DNA of 64,000 nt from Tubiluchus corallicola (GCA_030141605.1 JAQGDQ010002366.1:690660-754659), one strand, 5' to 3'; positions 36,115 through 49,770 are shown, counted from the first letter of the stretch. Program-made: numbers and translations. The notes: a model not told the origin generated them from the letters alone.

Positions 36115-37529
36115 CCATCTCAGAATACAACAGAATTAAGCTTATCATCTGAATAAGCCGTCTTTATCATAAATTGGCTTGCAGGTTCATGTAAATTGGG
36201 TGAATATCATCAGTGTGAGTGGGAGAACTCAGCAAATCAGACATGTAGAATGAATGAACACCCGCAGTGTGAATAGACTTTCCAACGTACAGATACGTCA
36301 GTAAAGACTAGAGATAAGTTATTACAACTTGTTTTGTACGCATTGCGTTAGAGGAAGACAGGATGATTTTTCATATATTACCCCATTTTCAAGTCCGATA
36401 AAAAGTATACAAGTATACATTTAACACGATTAATATTGCAAAAAAAGCGTTTCTGATAATTAAATATTAGACTAAAAACTTAATTAACGGCGAGCGAGCC
36501 CAACTATTGATGACATCACAAACTAACATAATTTTCAACAGCAAAAATATTCTACGAGCGTGTTGCACGTATTTGCGAAAGCGAAAGATGAAGTACAATG
36601 TTACAGTAAGATATTCAGTGTGTTGTACTAAAACTAGTCATGTTTTAAGAAAAAAATTCAAATTTCAAATTTACCGCTGTGCTCGCGCATGAGCTGTCGA
36701 ACGTGCGTAGTTCGTCAGAAGCTAACACAGCTGAACTGAGAGGTACAGTACCGTTTTTGTATAATGCGTTTCCGAAATGCAGGCGATAGTGCCCGTCTAA
36801 CTAGTGCGAATGGCGAAATGCATGTAACAGCGAAGAACTAGTGGCACGAACGTGAAATTGTGTTTGTGTGGTAATAATTTTTTCACGTAAGACATTTTTG
36901 AAGAAATGGTGTATTCCCTTTCAATATTTTAAAGAGTATGTTGTTTTGACCTACAGTTTAAGATTAGGTGCGGTTTTGATGTAAGCAAAAATTACTGTTA
37001 TGTTTCACATAATCTTTTACGCAACGGTATTATAGCTAATCGTTGTCGAATAGGTTCTAAGGTCTACAAACAAACTACAACAACAAAAACAATAACAATA
37101 AGAATAATAGTATAAAGGAATAATACGATGAAGTTTAAACTCAAACACAAACACGTCATTTACTTACAGACACCTGAGTATTCGTACCTTCTTTATTTGT
37201 GATATTTAAAGGAAGATTACAGCACATTACAAAAATTGGACAGTAAAACAAATGCGACAAACTACCGTTGCAGGTGCACTCATAAAGTAAAAAACGATTA
37301 CTTTTTTCTTGAGTATTAAACTCAAGCTCTAATGAAAAATGCGGAGATTTCAGCTGCAAATTTTCGATTTGTATTTTAACTCATCATTAAGCTAAAAATG
37401 AGAAGCAGTCTTAATGAAAAACACAAATACTGACTGCTTTGAAGCGTGGAGGAAACGGCAACATAATTATCGAAAAGAAAAACGCCCACATAAAACAATT
37501 TGATTACATTGTTGTTTGTTATTAATTTG

Positions 37530-37760
37530 TATATATATATATATATGAACCTTTATTTGCCATTAAAATACATTGATAATCACTGAAGAAAGACTTTACA
37601 GAGATGGTCAATCAGTGTTAGTTAATAAAAACTTACACTGCTAAAGGTAGTCAGAAGAACCTAGGCAAAATGTTACAGACATTTTAGTCCAAATTGCAAA
37701 GATTTAGCTGCTAATTTTCTATTTTGTTTCAACTCATTATTAAACAAATAATGGAATTTT
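37530..37760 (-). mobile_element. LINE 3' UTR fragment ending in AATAAA + (TA)n
   Basis: (TA)n at 37530-37546 next to TTTATT at 37552. Inner boundary uncertain. Confidence 0.45.
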
Positions 37761-38899
37761 TGGCTTGTGTATTTCAAACCCTGTACGAGCAAAGGCTGAG
37801 AATCATTGTTAATGAAAAATGCAAATATTTAAGTTACAGATTTTCAATTTAATGGTATTTCAAACTATTATCAGGCAAATAAATGAGAAGAAATGCCAAC
37901 GAAAAATTTAAAAATCTGAGTTGCAAATTTTGCATTTCAATTTTAACTCACCAAAAGGTAAAGAATGACAAGCTATCTGACGATGATTTAAAATATAAAT
38001 CGAAAATTTGCAGTTCAAATTTTTGCATATTTCATTAACACTGCTTCTCTTTCTCCGTCTGCTAATAATTTGAAATAAAAATAGAAATATTGAAGCAAAA
38101 AATCTTTGCATGTTACACGAATTAACACTGAATCTCTGTTAACTAATCAACTATAAATTTATTTGGAGTTGTATAATTAGAAGCCTTAGGATGGTAGAGA
38201 ATCCAAACAGTTGCCGACTAAGCTGAATTCAAAAACTGGAAATAATGATGCTTCTTTAGCAAAATTTTACTTGTAAATCTTGACGGTAGTACTTGTTCCC
38301 TTAACATTCGTTTTGTAATCTTCTAACGTACACTGTAAGATCAATGACAATATTATCATCTATTCGTACAACGTATTTCGTCACTTGACACTCAATGGAA
38401 TGTCTGTTTAATCCTCGTGCAAATACTAACGTGATGTTTATGAGTTAAAACTATGCTTATATTTCGGTGGATAAAACTAGCTATCGCGTCATGTACCTGG
38501 GGAAATAGCACAAAGCACGGCTAGATGTGTAGAAACACCGCTTCCGTACAAATATCATAGATGGCAATTTCATCAATTGTTCTGTGTACAAATTACCGAA
38601 GTACCTGCATACTACACACTAACACGAAAGATCAAGAAACTCGAGAATGGAGCACCTCTTGGCGCCCCTAAAAATCTTCAAATATAGCCAGGAATTTGGC
38701 TCAACGTCAAATGTTGATAACAACCATGTCAATGCTCAGATAAATACGTAGGCCTATATAGCATTGTGGATTCACAGCATAACGCAGCATGCAATTTGCT
38801 CAAAATATAGCAAATATTAAAACGATTATCATTTCTTTATTTGAGTGAATGTAACAAGTTTGTTTTTGATTATTTGTCAATTTGTCTATTTTTCTGTTT

Positions 38900-39052
38900 C
38901 CCGATTAGTTAATTGGCCAGTCAGTCAGTCAGTCAGTTAGCCAGTGAGTCGGTCGATCAGTCTGTCAGTCAGTCAATCAGCCAGTCTGATCGTTTGTCTG
39001 TCTGTCTGCCTACCTGACTGACTGCCTTTCTCTCCGTCCATCTGTCCGCCTG
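38900..39052. repeat. Degenerate (CAGT/CTGT)n tetranucleotide tract
   Basis: 4-bp periodicity. Confidence 0.85.
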
Positions 39053-41866
39053 TTGGAACAAGCTTATGAAGAAACGAACGGCAATTTGTAAAAGGTTTAG
39101 TAATATGAGATGAAATATAATGCTGTATTTGATTTTTTTATCCCTTAAGAATAATATATCAGCTATATTCCTTACAAAGTATTAATAATTTACGCATTTT
39201 ATTGGAAAAAGAAAAACAATTGCAAGAGTGAATGAGTTAGTGAGTGAGTGAGTGAAAAAACTAAAGCAACACTAGTGCAGAATATGTTAGAGATTTTGAT
39301 GCTTTTCTAGAATCATTGTTCCTTGTTATTTGTGCTACACACGGATGTAACAAACCACTTTCAAAAAACATACAGATGATACTGCAAAAACAAAGCGTTG
39401 TATCTATTACCGCTTGCTCAAAAAATTGGAGCAAATAACGAAACACAAAACGACGAAGAGAAACTTTAAGAATTTTAAGTTCACCAAAGTTCGTCACAGA
39501 AAACAAATGTTTTAATCGCGGAACAAAACAAAACAAATTTAGACCTGTTTTCTTTGAATATAAGACCAATAAAACCTCAAATTAAAAATTTAATTCGCGT
39601 GTGCTCTATCTTTAGAATAACGTAATTAAAATAAACTAAACACAATTTAAAACAAAACAAGAATAGAAATGTTTTTTTCAGTTTATTAATGTTAAGGTAA
39701 AAATAACAACGCAACGGTTCAACGTATTTACACTAAGATCATATTTACATCGGTATAGAAGGTTTTACAAATTGTACGTCGAGGCGAAAAGTTTTATTTC
39801 AAAAATATGCACATCGTACAAAGATTTTTTGTAGGTCTCCAATTATTAATGTACTGTACATTGCACTTGCGCGATAATAGTATAGCTATAGGCGTATGGA
39901 GCGAACCTTATACCTTTATCATGACATTAAGATCACTTAAAAATCACAATGCACATCTTACTTTCTCATTTTTGCTAATAAGTTTTTGTTAATATTTCAA
40001 AGTACAATTGTAGTCAAATTGACTAGGTGTTCGTTATTACACAAGAAATTTTTACGTCATTCAATCCAACAATGCAATTAAACTCTCTGTATACAATTTA
40101 GAAGCATAATTTTCTAAATGTAACTACTAATTTACATAAAATATTTCTGCTGCGTATTTTACATAATACATAGTTACTATAAATATTCCTCATATTTAAT
40201 TACTTAATTGATTAATTCATTATTTAATTAAAAAATACATCTTTTATCTACAGTATACAATAGTATATCTACAACAATACATTTCAATAGAAAAAACTAA
40301 AAATTAATTTCTAATTACGGGTGATTATTGTAACAATTTAGGTCACAGGCAATAAATATCACAAATCATAGCTATAAAAACATTAACAAAATTTTAACAA
40401 TTTGGGCGTGAAGCAACAAGTTTGTATACAAACTGTATTAGAAAAGCAAGGAAATATTCATGGTGTATGGAGAAAAACTACGTTAACTATATTTGCTGAG
40501 ATATGGCATCGTTCACACTTTTCATCAAGTTTTTTTACTGCGAAAATGTGAACGCGACATTTGTTAAGTTGTGAAGGACGTCTAAATCTACCAGGATATA
40601 TTACAATTTTTATCACTCAGCTTTTATTACTCATGTAAAAGTAGCATTAAGTCGATTGAAGCTATATACAAATGTGTTCGTATTTACATTTTCGTAGGCC
40701 TACTTTCCTATTTACAATATGGTTTTTAAAACTATTACCACTAGTACTTCTGATAGTACTGTTTTCGGTACTAGAGATTTACCTAACCATAATTTAAGCT
40801 AATAAATAAAATATAATTTAGTACAGTATTATATCAATAAATAAGGAATGGGGAAATAAAGGGCAATTTTGTAATTTAAGCTTGCGAAACTATTATTGTG
40901 AAAAATTTGTTAGTTGTACGCATCGAGGCCTACCTCGAATTATTTCAATAATTTTTCAAAAATTATTATGTAAATACATTAGCACATTAACAACATTCAG
41001 CTAAGAGTTCGAGTTGTAGGTGTCAAGGGCCAACGTAATAAATTGTGAAGTTGTATTTCACGATTACGTAGCTAGAAAACAGCTTACAGACTACCCGATA
41101 TAAATTAGAATTAAAAAAACGCAAACCAAACATCAAGTGTCGTGATGTTAATTACTACGCTTAGGAAAGCAGTAATAAACATATAATTCATATCTTTCAA
41201 CTCATGGCGTGCAAAAGATCCATGTTCGAGACCCAAGGGTACAGTTTTTTGGCTTCCTAATTGTGTTTACTTACTGCTTACTGTAAGTACTGTAGTGTGT
41301 GTGGGGGGCGTACGTGCGTGCGTGCGTGCGTGCGTGTATGTGTGTGTATGACAATACACATATTAAACGTTAAACATATAGTTAAAATTACCAGGTCTCA
41401 AGGAATAAGATGAATGATCCATAATTTTATTTGCGCTATTTTGTATAGAAACATTTCTAAGGCAGTGTTGGACATGGCGCGACAAGGACTTGATCATCGC
41501 ACGGAAAATTTCAAATAATCGAAAACAAAAGACAAAATATTTAGTGAATTTAAAAATGTCCATCTCACTTGTCCTTATCCACTTGGCCATTCGACAAAAA
41601 ATTGTGCAAAATGCAGAATTATTGTTCATATTTAAAACAAAAAGAATTTAATTTAGACTAGAAATGTGTTAAATAAAAGTTCATGAAACAGGCTGCATTC
41701 TAACTGCTCTAGCTGCTGTGTTAATTGCATTCTTGCGCTAGAAGAAAAGACGAGTTACTGTTTGAAAGAATTCCTGAGTAGTTACTCACTATTTAACAAA
41801 AATGAACACAATCCAGCAATAAAAATGAGAAATTTAAGAAATTTAGGACGTGAGAAAAACAAACTG

Positions 41867-42783
41867 CTAGGAGCATGCGCAGTCTTCGACTATCATATCT
41901 GACTGTTCTGCGCTGCTAATTGTTTTTTGGTTGTCCCAGTGAAAAAGAGTTAAAGGTTTATATTTGATGGCTGTGCAACAAGGACGGGGCACTTTCTTGG
42001 GATCTTTTTCGTGCATAATCAGTTGTATCATAGCGTGTAAGCCAGCAGGTTTATGCAATTCACCTGACCGTTTCTTTTTGCATTTACCCTTGCAGACATG
42101 AAGATTGATCTCCGATGGAGCAACAATCCAATGGAATCCAATCTTTTCAAAATTCACCACCATATCCTGCCGACAGCAGCGCTTGCTCAATTTCGTCTTT
42201 CCTTTTTTATTCAAATATTTACAGTTTTTCGACGTTCTCTCGATTTTTTTCGACTTTTTTTTCCGTTTCAACTTCTTGGCTGCACGTTTCACACGCGCAA
42301 CACTAGGCGGCGTTACCTCTTCTGTAACGACATTCAGCGAGGGTCGAAACTCCTCGGACAAAAGTGCATTTAACAGTTTATTATGAGTTTTCTGATATCC
42401 ATTTATAATATATAGGTGACTGCAAAGCAGTTCATCTTCACAAGTCAATTCTAGACCATGATTGGTGCTGTTGTTTGCAACCCACTGTTCAACAGCACGT
42501 TTAACATTAAACGATTCCCAGCCATTGTTTAGTAAGCTCACTGATATACTGTCTAGTTTAATCCTTGCTGGGTCTTCACCCGTAACGGACATTTGACTTA
42601 TTTGATACAAGTTTAAGGTCAGTTTTCGAAAAAGCTGTTTCTTGTGTTTCTTTACGCCTCTGATAGCTGCTTTGTAGACGTTCAGTCTAGCACTGATGAT
42701 GTTCTCATAATCAGCCAAATTCACATTAAAAAAAAACCTCGTCTCCTCCCACACTTCCTTCTCAACACCGTTTGGTCGTAAAC
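41867..42783 (-). CDS. mav: TGF-beta family ligand, maverick-like, exon 2 (prodomain C-part, furin site, mature domain)
   Basis: Prodomain motifs IISARLNVYK, GWESFNVKRAVEQW, NHGLEL, RPSL, then an RVKR furin site and a 9-Cys mature domain. HKPAGLHAMIQ..KDPKKVPRPCC..LFHWD..SDMIVEDCACS resembles recalled Maverick (HNPAHHHALLQ..RAPRPCC..LHVD..SDMQVVECACS). TTTCAG acceptor. The family is secure; the subfamily needs a phylogeny. Confidence 0.88.
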
Positions 42784-43354
42784 CTGAAAGAAAAGAGAAA
42801 ATCTAAGTTTAGTCATGCCGTAAAAAGCTGCAAGCAGTTGTTTCAGCAGCAGCGCAATTGCTGACAAAATTAATAGTCAAATTTTACGATCTTTTACTCA
42901 ACGACCATGTTGATCTTTTCTTACTTGAGCCATAAAGTCATCTACAACTTTAGAGTCGATTCTATAAATGCGCTCAGATATTTGAAGAATGCAGTTGAAA
43001 CGATTTACACTCGATTGTATTCAACATGTTCAAGGAGTCTATCGTATTTTATTAATATCAGTATCATATACTCTGTGTTCCAATAACACCCGAAGGCGCA
43101 GTATCGTGCGCTTAATGTAACAGCGATTAAATCTCTTTTAGGTTAGATGGCACAATGTTATTTTTAAGGTAAATTTCAGTCACGTCACACAGCAACGACC
43201 AAAAAAGTCTTACAAAAACTCTTTAGGTAAGTCAGGGTGAGCTTTTATAAATTATAAAGCAAAGATTTGATGATTTCAAAGTCAACACTTCCAAATAAAA
43301 TAAACCACACAAAGTAGCAAATAAAATAAAATTAACTCGCTACAAAACTACAAG

Positions 43355-43590
43355 CAACGAATAAAACCAATGAGCGTCTTTTCCTTAACCATTACTTGTG
43401 GAAACTGTAATATAGCCAATAAGCTTCCTTGTTCCTTAATACAAAAACATCCGAAAATGTAGTACAACCAAAGAGCTTCTTTATTGCTTAACCCTTACAT
43501 CAAAAAATGTAGCGCAGCCAATGAGCTTTCTTGTTCCTTGACAGTTACATATGATACCACAGTGCAACCAATAAGCTTCTTTGTTACATA
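43355..43590 (+). repeat. Five-unit ~50-bp degenerate minisatellite with CCAAT core, in mav intron
   Basis: ARCCAAWRAGC cores at 43367, 43416, 43468, 43518 and 43568 (spacings 49, 52, 50, 50). Confidence 0.9.
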
Positions 43591-44115
43591 AAGTATTGTG
43601 AACCAGCCCAACACGTGTGACAGTAAATTTAGGTAAAGACAGAAAGTGCGACATTGGCTCAGCAGCTCACTTAGTGCCTAAATAGGATTATTCAATATTC
43701 ATATAGCAATTCTTGTGTTGGCGACAAGCCTTTTAAGGACAAATTAAAGACTACTCAAATACCACGCTTTGGCCTTGTGCACAGGCTACTTGAACAGGTC
43801 TCTTATTTTTTACTTATTACACAAAACCGAAATAGATCATCTATAGCTAAAGAATATCCCTTTAGTAGCTTAATTATAACAAGCAGCTAACCAAGCACGA
43901 TAAAAATAGCAATTCTCAGCATAGTTATTTAACTGCCTCTCATACTTGAGCAGAAATAAAACACAAAAATACCGTCATAAACTGTATTTCTGTATTCATA
44001 ACTTCTAAAAATACATTTTCAAGAATGTCCTGCAGAACTGATTCACAATAAAACGTGTTTCGTTCTCACAGCTACATGCGCTTTGGTTATAATGATTACA
44101 CCATTTAAGTACATT

Positions 44116-44190
44116 GCCGTCGTCGTCGTCGTCGTCTTCATCCCATCGTCATCGTCGTCGTCGTCATCATCATCATCGTTATCATCACGC
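44116..44190. repeat. (CGT/CAT)n microsatellite
   Basis: Direct observation. Confidence 0.9.
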
Positions 44191-47100
44191 TTTGAGATTA
44201 CCGTACTTCTATTTCTTCATCATATTTTCGAGAAAATTGCAAGATAATTCAAAATTAAATTAATTGGCAGTGAAATTAGAGTTCATGCATTGGTTGTTTA
44301 AAATCTCGATGTTTAGAATAGGTAAAATTTAGATATAATGGAAAACAAATGATTAAGCTGGGTGCTAGACTTTAACAGTCTAAGTTGTAGTATTAATAAT
44401 TTAAGTTACAGTATTAAATGTTGAAGATACAGTATTAAAGTGCATGCAGTTCCTTTAGCACCCATCTTCAGAAGCATAAAGTTACTTGCGTAATTTACTT
44501 CCTACACTAATACCTTGACACACCCTGTAGGATCCAGTCTAATGACAACCGGACTCACCCACAACCCTGACGCCCCTAGGCACATTCAGTCCAACGGCAT
44601 ATTTTGCAATCATTTTTACATAATTACACTCATGTGTATAGTCAGTATTGCGATACGGATGGTAATAAATACTTGTTATGTGTACAATAATAATTCAATA
44701 AACACGAATAGCGACAGGTACATCTGAACAGGTACATGCCAGGTATGTTGTAATGCCTGTTACCCGTTTTGTGCGGGTGTGTCTGCGTGCGAAGCGTCAT
44801 TCAAGCAATCAGCCATGGATTTATGCATTATCAGCACAATAAGCGTATTCTTAAATAACTTGATTGCATGTAGGTTGTATTCATCCACATTCTCTAAAGT
44901 TTCCTAATAGTCATCCACTTAAAGTTACATTAACTAGATAAATCTAAAATACCTCCAATGAGATACAATAGGTTTAACAGTCAGTTACGTGCATTGCATA
45001 ATAGAGTGCTATTCAACGCTGATGTGTTTTATTTTGTAATGAGTCTAATCTCAGGCATCTTTCATTATTCCCGCTTTAACTATTTAGTTTAGCACAAAAA
45101 TAATTAAGTAATATACTTTTAAAGAACGGCCGCACAAGCTGTCAAGTTATCAGCCTCGGCGTGGTTAACTTCGGCGGTTAAACACACGCCCTGACTGAAT
45201 TGTGTTCTATTTAATATTTTAACTATTATTAACATGCCATGTGCCATTATGGAAAAAGAAAATTTTATTCTCTTCTATTGATTGTCAAAAATACAAAATT
45301 TATGCTTTAAATGACCTTGGACGGGCTCTAAAATTTAAATGTCATCTATAACAACATGCTATTTGTAGGTGTGCGCACTGAGAAATCAGCTGACACGGTG
45401 TAAATAGGTAACCACGTTAATCGATTGATTAATCCTAGCTGTTAACCGCAAGCGAAGGTTAGCTATGTGTCAAGATGACATTAACCGTCTCAGCGATGGC
45501 CGCCTCCGTCACATCGCTACCGATCAACACGTCTAAATATTAGGAAAACATTGGACACTGCCCAGGTAACCACAATGTTATGATGATAACAAATAACCAA
45601 AACACTGCGGGTTCCATTTGACACCAGGCCCCTTCGAACTTACTGCTGAGCATGTTGTGAGCCAACAGCTCGTGCGGTATGTAATTTGTCATTTATTAAT
45701 GTTAAAAGGGGCTCAGAATAATGTACTTATAAGGCTATTCAACTATTGGGGATATAAAATCCTTATCTGTGGATCAATAAATAAAAAATTCTAATAGTAT
45801 AAGTGAAAAATTCATTGGTGTCTTAATATTCTTAGTTCCTAACTTTGATAATATTACAAGGACTTTAAGAGGTTCGTTTATACTGTGTAGGCGTAATTAC
45901 CCAATGAAACAATTGGCAAACAGTATGTTTACTCGGCTTATTGCGAAACACGTATATAAGTACGGTTCTCTTGGACCACTCTGTTTTGCGTAGCTAAGAA
46001 CGTTATCGTCGCTATCTTAACTAAGAACGTTATCTTAACTAAGAAAGCATCTTATCTTTCCTTTATCTCCTTAACTACAAAATTTTGCAATTTCTGTTGT
46101 GTTGGTGCATATTTCAGTGAAATCTTTATTAAACTTTTATTGTGTATCTTTGTATTGTGTTTGAGTGTATATATATATATATATATATATATATGTAATA
46201 CCTTAGCTAAAAAGTAATTATTCTAATTTCGGTTATCTGTACAGTTTTTATTTTTTTTCCTTGTAATATCGTGTAGTTTTATAACGTACAAAGTAAATTA
46301 AATAAATACTAGCAATAATAATAATTAAATAAATAGCTAAGTTCTCGCTTACTACGAATTCGTTTATAAATTACTAATTATGCAAGACTACATTAGTATC
46401 CCAAGACTACGTGTAATATCCCGCAATAAACATATTTATTTATTTCAGCTGAAAAGCTCTTTTCAATAAAGCGATATTTTTATCGTGGGATATTTCATAT
46501 TAGGCACAATGTTATTATTGTTTTCGGTATTAAGGACTATTGATTTTATGATTATACAAGATCTAAAAATATATAAGGCTATAAAATAAATATGTTCGTA
46601 ACTGTGGTTAAATTAAAACAATTACGCGCGTCAATCCCAATTGATGAATTAACTTGAAAAAAATGGTTTAAGTCAGGTAAATACCATTCAAGTTCATAGG
46701 CGGAGGAAAACCTGCCTTGAAGAAAAAGTAATAATTTATGTTGGCTAATTTGTACTAAGCATTTGTTAAGTAAGTACGATTTTCTATTGAAAATGGCATA
46801 ACCGTACAAAGTAGTACAAAACTAGTTTTAACTCCGGTGATATTGGACTACCAACGGACTGTAAAAATTATTAAATAACCTTCTTTTGACGTATTATTAG
46901 CATTGAATAAGTTTTTTGTTTTCCATTTCTTCGTCCTTTAAACAAAATTGTGCTGAACAAACCTTTTTTGGCAAAACAAATCATTTAAGTTTGAAAGTCA
47001 GTTTATAGCAGTGTAAATGTATATATTTTTTGTTTTCCAATTTTAGTCTTTTAAACAAACTTGTACAAAGTTTTTCTAGCAAAAATATTAATTTGCAACC

Positions 47101-49149
47101 CTGTTTCTGTCGGTGTAGTTGTAGATCTCACCGACGGAGTTCCCGGTCCAGATCGATTCTTCATTCAAAAGCTTGTCTGTAGGAGTGTAATTGTAGCATA
47201 TTGATTTACATATTGAATCATAGCACCTGTCACGTAAACTTATGATGAGGAAATCCCCGTGTTTATAACGTTGTTGTCAAAACAAACCCAAACTTATCGC
47301 ATAAACCATTAATCCTACGGCTAATATTAGACTTAATATTGACCCAGTCATTTGAGGTCACTGTTTTATTACATGAAGGAGGACATTATAGACGTAATAG
47401 CCCAAAGTTTGTTGTTAAATATTTCAAATAATTCAAGCAGTATTGTTTTTTCCCAGCACCAGTTTAGTTCTGTCCGTAACGAATCCTTCATTTCAATGTT
47501 AACAATGACTTGCAAATTTTTGATTTTGTGTTTTTCTTATAGGCGTGCTTCAGGCAATTATACCTTATTAGGATCAACGAAATTGAGTCTGTGATTATGG
47601 TCGGTATCAGTTAATGAAGTCATATATTTTCCGCAGTTTTCAGACTTTAGACAAAATGAAACCAATGCGTCCGTCCAACAAATTTCGACTTGAAGTCTAT
47701 TTCACGTGAAGTGCACTGCATATCGCTGAGTGCCAACAAGCTGAAGAATGTGGGTCCACACCCAGCGATTCGTGACTTCGCTAGTTTCAAAGGCAAATCT
47801 GACGCCGTTAAATCAATATTGATATCTTAAAAAATAATAAATCGATTGATAGTGACCGATTCAACGTAGCAACAGGTAAAGCCTAAACCGCGGTGAAGGT
47901 GGAAGAGCATACTACAAATCTGCTACGTTTTTTTACAAATCGCCCAAACAAATCGTCTTGTAAATTCATTATCTTGGTGTGTAATGTTTGAATTGTAACT
48001 ATTGTAAAGCGTTCCGCCGGAGCATGCAAATGGGTGATACGCCATAGAAACGTAATAACTCAACTTAATAAAAGCATTTAAAGGGGTATACAACAGAAAA
48101 ATGAAAATGCGAGTGCAAGTCAAGATTAATAAAAAACATGTAGCGAATTTCCTATTGCTAACAATTAAATATCCGTTAATAGGGAAACGATTAATTGGTA
48201 GAAAGTTTCAAAGAGAAGAAGTCCGGGGACCACTAGAAAAAACAGTCGTTCTGGTCTCTAGCAATTAAAATGCTAGGAGAAGCAGCAAAACGAGTCATAT
48301 GAGCAAACCGAGCTGACAGCTGCCATTTCCTTTACATGTAGGTGCAAATCGTGTCTATGCTCCAAACATCTGTTCATGAACCGGACTATAAGATGTACGA
48401 ATCAATTAAAGATGCATAAAATGTGGGGGTATTTTTGAAAAAGAAATTTGCTACATGCAACAAATCGAAAAAGCAGCAACAGCAACATCGTTATCGTCGT
48501 CGTCGTCATCATCATCATCAGCAGCATCATCATAATCATCATTACTATTTCAGAATACACATGCCATAACAGATCTCTGAAATACATGGTTTTCTATATC
48601 AGCTACTAAGCCTACGCACGCAGTCAAACCACGTGTCCTGATAATCAAACATTTTCCAACATTCCGCACCTGAGGTTAAAACGCTAAAGATACATGAAAT
48701 CTCTCGTAACGCATGTTTAACCAAGGCGTTCTCTCTGTTTCTCCACGATCCTCTGCACTGCCGAGTACACAAAAGCGTGGGCCTGTATAAAACTATATAA
48801 AAACGATTAAAAATCGCATAGAGTTCGTTCCATTCTGTGTGAATCACGAGAGGTCAGTAGATATTCTACACGAGAGACAAAATAGGATACAATCAGACGT
48901 GTATCTCCAGTTTACTGCTACATCAATCAATGCACAGACATAATCGTAATCACCTCGTTCTATAAAACACTTATGGAATGTTTGCTCAATGTCAGATAGC
49001 CCTTTACCTTTTCACACTTTAATCTGTAATTTACAGGTTAATAGTGATCACAAAACACTGAAGAACTACGTGGGCTTCTGTATACCCATTCCCATGGTCC
49101 CGTAATCTAACACGACTGTGGTTGTACTGTTTTATGTTTTGACGGAGCT

Positions 49150-49420
49150 CTATGGCTAAAGCCTTAAGACCGCAATGACGTATGAACTGAGGACAGCTTG
49201 CATCTTCAAGAGAGCGTTTCCTCAAGACAACAATTCGATCTTTCAAGCTAACACCCTGTTCCTCTGAAACACTATCTCGATTCCTTAAGACATTGCCTAG
49301 GTGTCGCAAGATTTCCTCAAGATATGGATTACTGCCTTGTTTTGTTAAGATTTTGTTTAGTTCTCTCATATTAATATTTAGTACCCTCAAGTACCCTCAG
49401 CAAAGGTTCTTAAACTGAAG
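49150..49420 (-). mobile_element. Possible RTE-type LINE 3' remnant in mav intron
   Basis: EILRHLGNVLR resembles the RTE R.WLGHVLR motif. The rest is degenerate. Confidence 0.4.
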
Positions 49421-49689
49421 GGACAATGATCAATGAAATTTCGAAATAAACTTCTTGATATAAACTATTTAGAGGAAACGAGATAGCTTTAAATGCAAAG
49501 AAGAAGAAGAAGAAGAAGAAGAAAACGAAGAAGAAGAGGGCGGCAGCAAAGGAAGACGAGCCGCTAGCCGTCGCTCGGCCGTTTTTCTACTTCCAGGATA
49601 TGACCAGGTACTCACTCAAGGCTAATCATTATCTAAGAAAGCAGCTTAGATTTAAGAAGGCAGCGAAAGAGACCTGCTAGAGTGTTGTA

Positions 49690-49770
49690 TATCTCGCAAT
49701 CCCTAACTTGTGTGGGTATTGAACCCAGAACCTCTGCACGGCAGCGGAACGCTGTACCGCATCGCCTCAC
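49690..49770 (-). mobile_element. tRNA-derived SINE head
   Basis: Minus strand reads GAGGCGATGCGGTACAGCG..GAGGTTCTGGGTTCAATACCC (A-box- and B-box-like). Confidence 0.55.

Noticed and set aside
43355-43590. CRISPR-like repeat-spacer array
   Set aside because: The repeats are degenerate, the linkers resemble each other (TTACAT..AAA), the context is a eukaryotic intron, and there are no cas genes. It is a minisatellite.
49031-49390. 119-aa ORF as a nested gene in the mav intron
   Set aside because: Non-ATG start and no domain. Better explained as an RTE-like remnant.
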